Shown: positions 1 through 6,157, numbered from the stretch's first letter. The stretch: DNA of 9,344 bases from Leidyana gryllorum EB-2025a (GCA_048772705.1 JBLWGC010000094.1:1-9344); one strand, 5' to 3'. The notes: generated by a model not told the origin, from the sequence alone. A program made the numbers and translations.

Positions 1-40
1 GAGGAGGGTGTCTCTACCAACCTCTGAAACAATGTAGCTG

Positions 41-113
41 GGTCTTGTAGCTCAGTTGGCAGAGCGTGTGGCTGTTAACCACAAAGTCGCAGGTTCGAGA
101 CCTGCCAGGACCG
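41..113 (+). tRNA. trnN: tRNA-Asn(GTT), intact
   Basis: Acceptor GGTCTTG/CAGGACC; anticodon arm TGTGG-CT GTT AA-CCACA; T-arm GCAGG-TTCGAGA-CCTGC; no CCA. Confidence 0.96.
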
Positions 114-156
114 TTTCAGAGGCACCCCAGACACTGACTGCCCTGCTCTCGCAATG

Positions 157-200
157 GCACCGTGGTCTGCGACCCTTCAGAGTGACTCCCGCCACGTGTA
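157..200 (+). pseudogene. tRNA-Gly(TCC) relic with internal deletions
   Basis: GCACCGTGGTCT..GCGACCCTTC..TCCCGCCACGTGTA aligns to Gly-TCC at 5864-5934; same position between Asn and Ala as the relic at 8913-8973. Confidence 0.55.
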
Positions 201-213
201 GCCATACGCACTT

Positions 214-286
214 TGGACGACCTGGGCATCGATCCCAGTACCTCTCGCATGCTAAGCGAGCGCTCTACCATTTGAGCTAGTCGCCC
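214..286 (-). tRNA. trnA: tRNA-Ala(AGC), intact
   Basis: GGGCGAC/GTCGTCC with G3:U70; CTCGC-TT AGC AT-GCGAG; eukaryotic Ala T-loop ATCGATG. Confidence 0.96.
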
Positions 287-346
287 ATCCGCACTACATG
301 GAAGACCTATTGCATCCAGTGGCTGACCGACTGCCCACACAACGGC

Positions 347-426
347 TGTCAAGAGTGGGATTCGAACCCACGCCGTTTCGGACTGCGGCCCGAACACAGC
401 GCCTTGGACCACTCGGCCATCTTGCC
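347..426 (-). tRNA. trnL: tRNA-Leu body with shifted anticodon CGG (probably a mutated Leu-CAG; possible pseudogene)
   Basis: 80-nt class II body nearly identical to Leu-AAG 5717-5796; loop TT CGG GC; G2:A71 mismatch. Confidence 0.8.
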
Positions 427-520
427 GAAATGTTGTTGGCCCGCCGCTCCACGCGTTTTCTATCCGTGGAATCTCAAAATAGAAGAACTTCTGGGGTTGG
501 GGGCCAGCGTATCCAGAGCG

Positions 521-591
521 TTCGCGATAGTATAGCGGTTAGTATTTCCGCCTATCACGCGGGAAACCAAGATCGATTCCCGGTCTCGGAG
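521..591 (+). pseudogene. tRNA-Asp pseudogene (anticodon mutated to ATC)
   Basis: Aligns to Asp 7682-7753; acceptor and T-arm disrupted. Confidence 0.85.
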
Positions 592-646
592 CACAGTTGG
601 TTGCGCTCAGGATTGTTTCTTTCGGATCTCGCTGAAAGTTGCGAGC

Positions 647-719
647 TACAGCCACCGAGGATCGAACTCGGGAACTTCTGCGTGTGAAGCAGACGTCGTA
701 ACCACTAGACCATGGCTGC
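647..719 (-). tRNA. trnV: tRNA-Val(CAC), intact
   Basis: GCAGCCA/TGGCTGT; TCTGC-TT CAC AC-GCAGA; CCGAG-TTCGATC-CTCGG. Confidence 0.93.
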
Positions 720-801
720 GCGGAGCTTTCGGACTGTGAAAGGGGCGTGTGTCTTTGGAAACAGGTGTCTGATGAGGGGCGAACTATGAGGTCTGCACAG
801 C

Positions 802-816
802 GGGCGGCTAGCTCAA
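802..816 (+). pseudogene. 5' stub of tRNA-Ala
   Basis: GGGCGGCTAGCTCAA preceded by the upstream flank (ATG.GGTCTGCACA.C) seen before Ala 8828. Confidence 0.6.
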
Positions 817-827
817 CAAGATATTAT

Positions 828-898
828 GCATCTGTGGTCTAGTGGTAGAATGTCTCGTTGCCATCGAGACGACCCGGGTTCGATTCCCGGCAGATGCA
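828..898 (+). tRNA. trnG: tRNA-Gly(GCC), intact
   Basis: GCATCTG/CAGATGC; TCTCG-TT GCC AT-CGAGA; CCGGG-TTCGATT-CCCGG. Confidence 0.96.
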
Positions 899-974
899 GA
901 AGACACAGGTGGTTTTCCCACCATTCCAGGGATTCACGCTTGAGTTGGTGTCTGACCCCTCCGATCACATCGCA

Positions 975-1057
975 CGACAACTGCTGGATCTGCACCAGCC
1001 CGGCCCAGGCCCTGTAGAGATCAAATCTTCTCCCCTTAACCACTCGGGCAAGTTGCC
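975..1057 (-). pseudogene. tRNA-Ser(AGA) pseudogene
   Basis: Ends match Ser 2029-2110; T-loop and anticodon arm destroyed. Confidence 0.88.
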
Positions 1058-1118
1058 GCTGTCGAACTTGGCATTTTGCGGCCAGTGGCTTCACATACGA
1101 TTCAGCGAGCTTTACTAG

Positions 1119-1191
1119 GACTGCTCGCGCCTCCCGAACCCGCGGTTCTCCCTTCAAAAGTCTTGCGCTCTACTGACGGAGTTGGGGCGGC
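1119..1191 (-). pseudogene. tRNA-Lys pseudogene
   Basis: Retains CGAACCCGCG and AAAAGTCTTGCGCTCTAC..GGGCGGC (plus strand) of Lys 4704-4776; 3' half degenerate. Confidence 0.8.
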
Positions 1192-1362
1192 AAGGAAGCT
1201 CGCCCCGTACCCGAGGAAGGCCCAAGATTCCACGATCAATACAAATGGAATTGGTAAACTAAGTCCGAATCTGTATCAGAGATCCACTCACTTGATCACG
1301 CCAACATACCATGTTTTCCAAGACGGTACGGCTCTCGGCCGAAGCCCCAACTCAACCACTCG

Positions 1363-1435
1363 TCCACTGTAGTCTAAGTGGCTAGGATATGCGGCTTTCA
1401 CCCGCACGATCCGGGTTCAAGTCCCGGCAGTGGAA
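1363..1435 (+). tRNA. trnE: tRNA-Glu(TTC), intact
   Basis: TCCACTG/CAGTGGA; TGCGG-CT TTC AC-CCGCA; CCGGG-TTCAAGT-CCCGG. Confidence 0.94.
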
Positions 1436-1511
1436 ATCATTGGACCATTCGAGCAAAGTGCTCCAGTAACCTCCGTCAATAGTGACTGACTCGTGATCTT
1501 TGGCTCGCATT

Positions 1512-1583
1512 GCCTTCTTAGCTTAGGGGCAGAACATTCGCTTAGTAAGCGAAAGGTCGCCGGTTCGATTCCGGCAGAAGGCT
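1512..1583 (+). tRNA. trnT: tRNA-Thr(AGT), one D-stem mismatch
   Basis: GCCTTCT/AGAAGGC; TTCGC-TT AGT AA-GCGAA; GAAC instead of GAGC in D-stem versus 2662 copy. Confidence 0.9.
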
Positions 1584-1632
1584 TTGGTCACGACCCAATC
1601 AATTTTATAGCTGTTTCCCTCCTGCGCACACT

Positions 1633-1704
1633 TAGCAGTGCGTCGTTTCGATCGACGGATCTTTGGGTTATGAGCCCAACACTCTTCCACTGAGCTACAC
1701 TGCT
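1633..1704 (-). tRNA. trnM: initiator tRNA-Met(CAT), intact
   Basis: A1:U72 (AGCAGTG/CACTGCT); three G:C pairs in anticodon stem TTGGG-CT CAT AA-CCCAA; T-loop ATCGAAA (A54, A60). Confidence 0.96.
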
Positions 1705-1708
1705 TAGT

Positions 1709-1791
1709 CTGCAACATGTCAGAGGTAGCCGAAATGCGATTCTCGAGAGGTTAGTTGCGCTGACTGCCCTACCGAAGTGGGCTAACGAGGT
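1709..1791 (-). pseudogene. tRNA relic of uncertain isotype (possibly Thr-CGT)
   Basis: ACCTCGT-TA-GCCC-ACTTCGGTA-GGGC-A-GTCAG forms a canonical 5' half; 3' half not recoverable. Confidence 0.5.
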
Positions 1792-1844
1792 GGCTGTTTT
1801 GGTTCTGGGGCAACTTGTCCGATCGGGTCAACCGACGACCAAGA

Positions 1845-1911
1845 GGGCTGTGCTGGGAATCGAACCAGGACTCCACCCTGAGGAGGGGTCACAGCACTAG
1901 ACCAAACAGCC
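1845..1911 (-). pseudogene. tRNA-Pro pseudogene
   Basis: Aligns to Pro 2994-3064 with further deletion and substitutions. Confidence 0.82.
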
Positions 1912-1962
1912 CGTCGGACATAATATGTGAAGAACCACTAATTGCTATGGGGTCTGCACAGC

Positions 1963-1974
1963 GGGCGACTAGCT
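1963..1974 (+). pseudogene. 5' stub of tRNA-Ala
   Basis: ATGGGGTCTGCACAGC+GGGCGACTAGCT matches upstream flank and 5' end of Ala 8828. Confidence 0.55.
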
Positions 1975-2028
1975 GGAATGATATAGCACAGCCACGACCG
2001 AATGGAGTTGATGCCCGATCACATAATA

Positions 2029-2110
2029 CGACAACTGCTGGATTCGAACCAGCGCGGGCCAGGCCCAGTAGATTTCTAGTCTACCCCCTTAACCACTCGG
2101 GCAAGTTGCC
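2029..2110 (-). tRNA. trnS: tRNA-Ser(AGA), intact
   Basis: 82 nt; GGCAACT/AGTTGTC, G73; GTAGA-CT AGA AA-TCTAC; long variable arm; TTCGAAT. Confidence 0.96.
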
Positions 2111-2194
2111 ACCTGTCGAATTCGACATGTCGCGGAAGTGACCAAATACCCCCATGTTCAGCCTGCCCTGCGGCATTCATAGATGTCTAAACTG

Positions 2195-2241
2195 ACCTCT
2201 CGCGTGCAAAGTCACCGCTCTACCACTTGAGATAGCCGCCC
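2195..2241 (-). pseudogene. tRNA-Ala(TGC) relic lacking 3' part
   Basis: GGGCGGCTATCTCAAGTGGTAGAGCGGTGACTTTGCACGCGAGAGGT aligns to Ala 6813; T-arm missing. Confidence 0.75.
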
Positions 2242-2327
2242 ACCCGCCAAACCTAGGTGAACTTCCAATCTGAGACCGAGTCACACTTCTCTGGCGCCTC
2301 ATTCGTCAGTGCAACTGTTGTGACTCG

Positions 2328-2400
2328 TCCACTGTAGTCTAAGTGGCTAGGATATGCGGCTCCCACCCGCACGATCCAGGTTCCAGTCCCGGCAGTGGAA
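2328..2400 (+). pseudogene. tRNA-Glu body with anticodon CCC (mutated Glu-CTC), damaged T-arm
   Basis: Nearly identical to Glu 1363; loop CT CCC AC; T-arm CCAGG-TTCCAGT-CCCGG. Confidence 0.82.
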
Positions 2401-2460
2401 CTCCAGCTGAGTGTGCTTGTAGGCAACAGTTCCATTTTTACTGCCAGGGAAATAGATGCA

Positions 2461-2533
2461 CACCGCCCGCGGGGCTCGAACCCGCGACTGCAAGATTAAG
2501 AGTCTTGCGCTCTACCGACTGAGCTAGGGCGGC
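2461..2533 (-). tRNA. trnK: tRNA-Lys(CTT), intact
   Basis: GCCGCCC/GGGCGGT; CAAGA-CT CTT AA-TCTTG; GCGGG-TTCGAGC-CCCGC. Confidence 0.96.
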
Positions 2534-2661
2534 AAGGAAGCTCTAAACTTAGTTACACCCTATTTGCCCTTGGGTGGAGCAGTGGAAGGATTGACTGGTG
2601 GAACAATGTGCTCCAGTAACTTCCGTCAATAGTGACTGATGCGTGATTACCAGCTGATATT

Positions 2662-2733
2662 GCCTTCTTAGCTTAGGGGCAGAGCATTCGCTTAGTAAGC
2701 GAAAGGTCGCCGGTTCGATTCCGGCAGAAGGCT
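2662..2733 (+). tRNA. trnT: tRNA-Thr(AGT), intact
   Basis: Full cloverleaf; TTCGC-TT AGT AA-GCGAA. Confidence 0.96.
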
Positions 2734-2780
2734 TGCTCACGAGCCAATCTATCCTACAACTGTTCTCTTCTGCCCACACT

Positions 2781-2852
2781 TAGCAGTGCGTCGTTTCGAT
2801 CGACGGATCTTTGGGTTATGAGCCCAACACTCTTCCACTGAGCTACAATGCT
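2781..2852 (-). tRNA. trnM: initiator tRNA-Met(CAT), one acceptor mismatch
   Basis: Identical to 1633-1704 except G5 to T (T5:C68). Confidence 0.9.
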
Positions 2853-2856
2853 CAGT

Positions 2857-2939
2857 CTGCAACATGGAAGAGGTAGCCGAAATGCGATTCTTGAGATGCT
2901 AGTTACCCTGACTGCCCTACCCAAGTGGGCTAACGAGGT
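2857..2939 (-). pseudogene. tRNA relic of uncertain isotype (paralogue of 1709-1791)
   Basis: ACCTCGT-TA-GCCC-ACTTGGGTA-GGGC-A-GTCAG 5' half. Confidence 0.5.
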
Positions 2940-2993
2940 GGTTGTGTTGTTTCTGAGGGCAACTTGTCCCGTCCGGTCAACCGACGACCAAGA

Positions 2994-3064
2994 GGGCTGT
3001 TCTGGGAATCGAACCAGGACTACTTCCACCCTGAGGAAGGATCATACCACTAGACCAAACAGCC
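2994..3064 (-). pseudogene. tRNA-Pro(AGG), degenerate
   Basis: GGCTGTT/AACAGCC; CTTCC-TC AGG GT-GGAAG (U33C); 1-nt loss in T-stem. Confidence 0.82.
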
Positions 3065-3094
3065 GACTGGTCGGTGGTTCAAACTGCTGGGTAC

Positions 3095-3198
3095 AGTCGA
3101 GAGACTCGTATCACTATGTGAAGTATCACTCAATGCCATGAGGTAGTCGAGAGACTCGTATCACTATGTGAAGTACCACTCAATGCCATGAGGTAGTC
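3095..3198. repeat. 50-bp tandem duplication (2 copies, 1 mismatch) bounded by AGTC
   Basis: 3095-3144 equals 3145-3194 except T3126/C3176; AGTC at 3095, 3145 and 3195. Confidence 0.95.
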
Positions 3199-3203
3199 AT
3201 AGA

Positions 3204-3276
3204 GGGAGGCTAGCCCAGATGATGAAACGGTGGCTTAGTATACGAAAGGTTCTGGGATCGATTCCCAGCCCATCCG
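3204..3276 (+). pseudogene. tRNA-Ala pseudogene
   Basis: Colinear with Ala genes; retains CTGGGATCGATTCCCAG T-arm; syntenic with the Pro(-)/Ala(+) pair at 8668-8900. Confidence 0.75.
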
Positions 3277-3310
3277 AACTACATAGATGGAACCCTCGCG
3301 GGAGTAGTCT

Positions 3311-3495
3311 AGTTGGCCTATCAACGCTGTCCATCAGGTTGAGTAGTAGTTTGCCGATGACCCCTCTACTTCCGGTGGGACGGAATCGAACCGCCTACTA
3401 TCTGATGCCAGCACAACAGTCAGATGCTCTACCAACTGAGCTACCCCCGGCCGTCCAACTGCCCCGGGGTTCGAAAGGCTCAACCCCAGATCCTC
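3311..3495. repeat. Segmental duplication around tRNA-Tyr; direct copy at ~5071-5256
   Basis: Shared flank GTCCATCAGGTTGAGTAGTAGTTTGC. Confidence 0.9.
3371..3450 (-). tRNA. trnY: tRNA-Tyr body with 7-nt intron; anticodon mutated to GTT (possible pseudogene)
   Basis: C1:G72 and A73; TCTGA-CT GTT G[TGCTGGC]A-TCAGA; paralogue at 5141 has GTA; G5:A68 mismatch. Confidence 0.8.
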
Positions 3496-3549
3496 GCCCT
3501 TTGGACTGCGGCCTTAACACAGCGCCTTAGACCACTCGGCCATCTTGCC
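3495..3549 (-). pseudogene. 3'-truncated tRNA-Leu(AAG)
   Basis: 5' 55 nt match Leu 5717; T-arm and 3' acceptor strand deleted. Confidence 0.88.
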
Positions 3550-3630
3550 GGAGTGCTCTTGGCTCGCCGCTTTACACGTTTTCTGATCGTGAGTCAAAAT
3601 AGAAAGACTTCTGGGATTGGAGGCTGGCGT

Positions 3631-3681
3631 GTATGTCCGCCTGTCACGCGGAAGACCAGGGTTCGTTTCCCGGTCTCGGGG
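3631..3681 (+). pseudogene. 5'-truncated tRNA-Asp(GTC)
   Basis: TCCGC-CT GTC AC-GCGGA and 3' half present; first ~20 nt deleted. Confidence 0.85.
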
Positions 3682-3717
3682 CACAGTTGATTTCGCTTAG
3701 GATTGTTTCCTTTGATT

Positions 3718-3789
3718 CTCGAGATAGTATAGCGGTTAGTATTTCCGCCTGTCACGCGGAAGACCCGGGTTCGATTCCCGGCCTCGGAG
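3718..3789 (+). tRNA. trnD: tRNA-Asp(GTC) with imperfect acceptor stem
   Basis: TCCGC-CT GTC AC-GCGGA; intact T-arm; acceptor CTCGAGA/CCTCGGA has two mismatches. Confidence 0.8.
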
Positions 3790-3841
3790 ATAGATCGTCT
3801 TCCGCTCTAGATTTCGTGATGCTCACCTGAACGATGCGTGT

Positions 3842-3911
3842 TACAGCCACCGAGGATGGAACTCGGGACCTTTTGGGTGTTAAACAGACGTCGTGACCAC
3901 TAGATGGCTGC
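3842..3911 (-). pseudogene. tRNA-Val(AAC) pseudogene
   Basis: Aligns to Val 647; 3-nt deletion after acceptor; anticodon stem broken; T-loop TTCCATC. Confidence 0.85.
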
Positions 3912-4051
3912 ACGGAGCTTCCGGACTGCGAAAGGGGCGTGTGTCTCGGGAACCACGTATCCGATGAGCCTGGTTTTTATGTATCGGCCTAAGTTGGACG
4001 GCCTGGACTAGTCAAGACCCTTCGCTTTGTATTCAGGAATGGAGATGTCAC

Positions 4052-4122
4052 GCATCTGTGGTTTAGTGGTAGACTGTGTGGTTGCCACCTAGACGACCCA
4101 GGTTCGATTCCCGGCAGATGCA
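4052..4122 (+). pseudogene. tRNA-Gly(GCC) pseudogene
   Basis: Paralogue of 828; anticodon stem TGTGG/CTAGA mispaired; T-stem mismatch. Confidence 0.85.
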
Positions 4123-4186
4123 GAGAAGATGGCACATGGTTGAGTTTCATGCGTGAGTTGGTGTTTGACCCTCCGATCACATCGCA

Positions 4187-4268
4187 CGACAACTGCTGGA
4201 TTTGAACCAGCGCGGGCCAGGCCCAGTAGATTTCTAGTCTACCCCCTTAACCACTCGGGCAAGTTGCC
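4187..4268 (-). tRNA. trnS: tRNA-Ser(AGA), intact
   Basis: One difference from 2029-2110 (T-loop TTCAAAT). Confidence 0.95.
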
Positions 4269-4329
4269 ACTGTCGAACTTGGCATTTTGCGGCCAGTGGC
4301 TTCACATACGATTCAGCGAGCTTTACTAG

Positions 4330-4402
4330 GACTGCTCGCGCCGCCCGAACCCGCGGTTCTCCCTTCAAAAGTCTTGCGCTCTACCGACGGAGTTGGGGCG
4401 GC
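4330..4402 (-). pseudogene. tRNA-Lys pseudogene
   Basis: Near-identical to the relic at 1119-1191, with the same lesions. Confidence 0.8.
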
Positions 4403-4571
4403 GAGGATGCTCGCCCCGTACCCGAGGAAGGCACAGGATTCCACGATCAATACAAATGAATTGGTTACTAAGTCCGAATTTGTATCAGAGATCCACTCAC
4501 TTGATCACGCCGACATGCCATGTTTTCCAAGACGGTACGGCTCTCGGCCGAAGCCCCAACTCAAGCACTCG

Positions 4572-4643
4572 TCCACTGTAGTCTAAGTGGCTAGGTTATG
4601 CGGCTCTCACCCGTACATCCGGGTTCAAGACCCGGCAGTGGAA
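4572..4643 (+). tRNA. trnE: tRNA-Glu(CTC), slightly degenerate
   Basis: TCCACTG/CAGTGGA; TGCGG-CT CTC AC-CCGTA; 1-nt shorter variable loop; D-stem change. Confidence 0.82.
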
Positions 4644-4703
4644 ATCCAGCTGAGTGTGCTTGTAGGCAACGGTTCCATTCCTACTCCCAGAGACATTGAT
4701 TTG

Positions 4704-4776
4704 CACCGTCCGCGGGGCTCGAACCCGCGACTGCAAGATTAAAAGTCTTGCGCTCTACCGACTGAGCTAGGGCGGC
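4704..4776 (-). tRNA. trnK: tRNA-Lys(TTT), one acceptor mismatch
   Basis: Same body as Lys-CTT 2461; loop CT TTT AA; C5:A68. Confidence 0.9.
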
Positions 4777-4879
4777 AAGGAAGCTCTAAACTTAGTTACA
4801 CCCTATTTGCCGTTGGGTGGACAGTGGAAGTCAATTCATGTCTCCGTGTGTATATCCCGTCGCATGCACCCAAATATTC

Positions 4880-4951
4880 GGCTGTTTGGTCTAGTGATAT
4901 GATCCTTCCTTTGGGTGGAAGAAGTCCTGGGTTCGGTTCCCAGAACAGCCC
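4880..4951 (+). tRNA. trnP: tRNA-Pro(TGG) with damaged A/B boxes (possible pseudogene)
   Basis: Stems intact; CTTCC-TT TGG GT-GGAAG; D-loop GG changed to GA; T-loop TTCGGTT (A58G). Confidence 0.8.
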
Positions 4952-5140
4952 GTCTGGTACTTGTTGACTCAAAACGCCAGTCTATCCAAGGTCGGATGAG
5001 ATATGCTGCTCCCGACAGCTAAGACAACATTTGAGTTAAATATGCATGGAATCTTCGCCGGATTAACTCCAGTTGGCCCATCAACGCTTTTTGCCAAAGT
5101 CCATCAGGTTGAGTAGTAGTTTGCACAGCACCTCTCTACT

Positions 5141-5212
5141 TCCGGTGGGACGGAATCGACCCGCCGACTATCTGATGCCAGTACTACAGTCAGATTCTCC
5201 ACCAACTGCCGG
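5141..5212 (-). pseudogene. tRNA-Tyr(GTA) pseudogene with 7-nt intron
   Basis: TCTGA-CT GTA G[TACTGGC]A-TCAGA; 8-nt deletion near 5' end; T-loop GTCGATT. Confidence 0.85.
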
Positions 5213-5348
5213 CTGTCCAACTGTGACGAGGTTCGCAGGCGCAACCTCAGAACCTCAAAAGTGACACTTCAAGCTCTCAAGTACGGCACAGATTACGGGC
5301 GTGTTGGGTGTGTTCATTTGAGAAAGTGCTAGTCCGGATAATTCTACC

Positions 5349-5502
5349 GACTCTTCTGGGATGGGCTGAAGCGGTTGCGTGGTGTAGTGGTTAGCACTGG
5401 AGACTCTGAATCTCCCGACCTGGGTTCGATTCGGTCCTCACTACTCCCTGAATTTTCGCCATCTCTTGGGCTGCGGGGACCATTCGTGCCGCCACGGTCT
5501 AG
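5349..5502. repeat. Segmental duplication Gln-Val 5' end; direct copy at ~6577-6749
   Basis: Shared GACTCTTCTGGGATGGGCTGA and GGTCCTCACTACTCCCTGAA..TCTTGGGCTGCGGGGACCAT. Confidence 0.9.
5373..5432 (+). pseudogene. 3'-truncated tRNA-Gln(CTG)
   Basis: GGAGA-CT CTG AA-TCTCC intact; sequence after the T-loop deleted relative to 6601 copy. Confidence 0.88.
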
Positions 5503-5560
5503 TGGTAACGACGTCTGCTTTACACGCAGAAGGTCCCGAGTTCAATCATCGGTGGCTGTA
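5488..5560 (+). pseudogene. tRNA-Val(TAC), degenerate
   Basis: TCTGC-TT TAC AC-GCAGA; C3:U70 mismatch, U8C, C61A. Confidence 0.8.
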
Positions 5561-5615
5561 GCTCGCAACTTTCAGCGAGAACCAAAGGAAACAGTCCTAA
5601 GCGGAATCGACCGTG

Positions 5616-5645
5616 CTTCGGAACGGGCATCGGGCGCGGGTCTTC
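5616..5645 (-). pseudogene. tRNA-Asp 3' relic
   Basis: Weak match to Asp 3' end at the expected position in the inverted Leu-Asp-Val block. Confidence 0.5.
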
Positions 5646-5716
5646 AACCCCAAAAGCCTTCCTTCTCGACACTTCACGAAAAGAAAACGTGTCAAGTGGC
5701 GAGCCAAGAACACTCC

Positions 5717-5796
5717 GGCAAGATGGCCGAGTGGTCTAAGGCGCTGTGTTAAGGCCGCAGTCCGAAAGGGCGTGGGTTCGAATCCCACTCTTGTCA
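5717..5796 (+). tRNA. trnL: tRNA-Leu(AAG), intact
   Basis: GGCAAGA/TCTTGTC, A73; CTGTG-TT AAG GC-CGCAG; variable arm; GTGGG-TTCGAAT-CCCAC. Confidence 0.96.
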
Positions 5797-5863
5797 ACCG
5801 TTGTATTGTATTGAGTCGTCCCCTCTCTTCACCGATAGACAGGTCGTTCGAGCTACATACGGC

Positions 5864-5934
5864 TGCACCTGCCGGGACTCAAACCCGGGTTACGACCTTG
5901 GAAGGGTCGCATCTTACCCTTAGACCGCAAGTGC
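5864..5934 (-). tRNA. trnG: tRNA-Gly(TCC) with U8C and C56U (possible pseudogene)
   Basis: GCACTTG/CAGGTGC; CGACC-CT TCC AA-GGTCG; T-loop TTTGAGT. Confidence 0.8.
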
Positions 5935-6010
5935 AATTGCGAAAGATCTGCAGCACCCCGAGAGACTCGGGCAATTTCTGCTTCCAGCTGTCTGCAACCT
6001 ACTCAAAAAC

Positions 6011-6068
6011 GGACTGTTCGGGGATCGGATCGAGCACTTCCACACACAAAGGAAACTGATACCACTAG
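6011..6068 (-). pseudogene. tRNA-Pro relic
   Basis: Patchy match (GGACTGTTC..CAAAGGAA..ATACCACTAG on plus strand) to Pro 8668-8739. Confidence 0.55.
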
Positions 6069-6157
6069 CACTTCAACTCGACATGCGGGGCAGCAACTCT
6101 CATACAGCTAGCAAGCTTGCCTCGGTCGAAACGGAACGTCTTCCGAGTGAGAGGCTA

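Larger units (their letters stand above)
371..1437. repeat. Segmental duplication Leu-Asp-Val-Gly-Ser-Lys(psi)-Glu; direct copy at ~3495-4645; partial copies at ~5488-5802 (inverted) and ~7510-7755
   Basis: Same gene order and alignable spacers (e.g. 1060-1362 vs 4271-4571 nearly identical); Val-Gly spacer only partly shared. Confidence 0.9.
1451..1911. repeat. Segmental duplication Thr-iMet-relic-Pro; direct copy at ~2601-3064
   Basis: Colinear at an offset of about 1150, including spacers. Confidence 0.92.
2324..2588. repeat. Segmental duplication Glu-Lys; direct copy at ~4568-4830
   Basis: Shared spacers TCCAGCTGAGTGTGCTTGTAGGCAAC and AAGGAAGCTCTAAACTTAGTTACACCCTATTTGCC. Confidence 0.92.

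Noticed and set aside
2114-2132. Overlapping palindromes TGTCGAATTCGACA and CGACATGTCG upstream of Ser
   Set aside because: Not conserved in the paralogous Ser flanks (around 1060 and 4271); likely chance.
2994-3064. Opal suppressor or selenocysteine tRNA (TCA in the loop)
   Set aside because: In the loop TCAGGGT the TCA occupies positions 32-34; the anticodon is AGG on a Pro body with no Sec architecture.
3991-4030. Possible tRNA-Ala 3' relic on the minus strand (AAGTTGGACGGCCTGG)
   Set aside because: Only about 15 nt of imperfect match; too weak to call.
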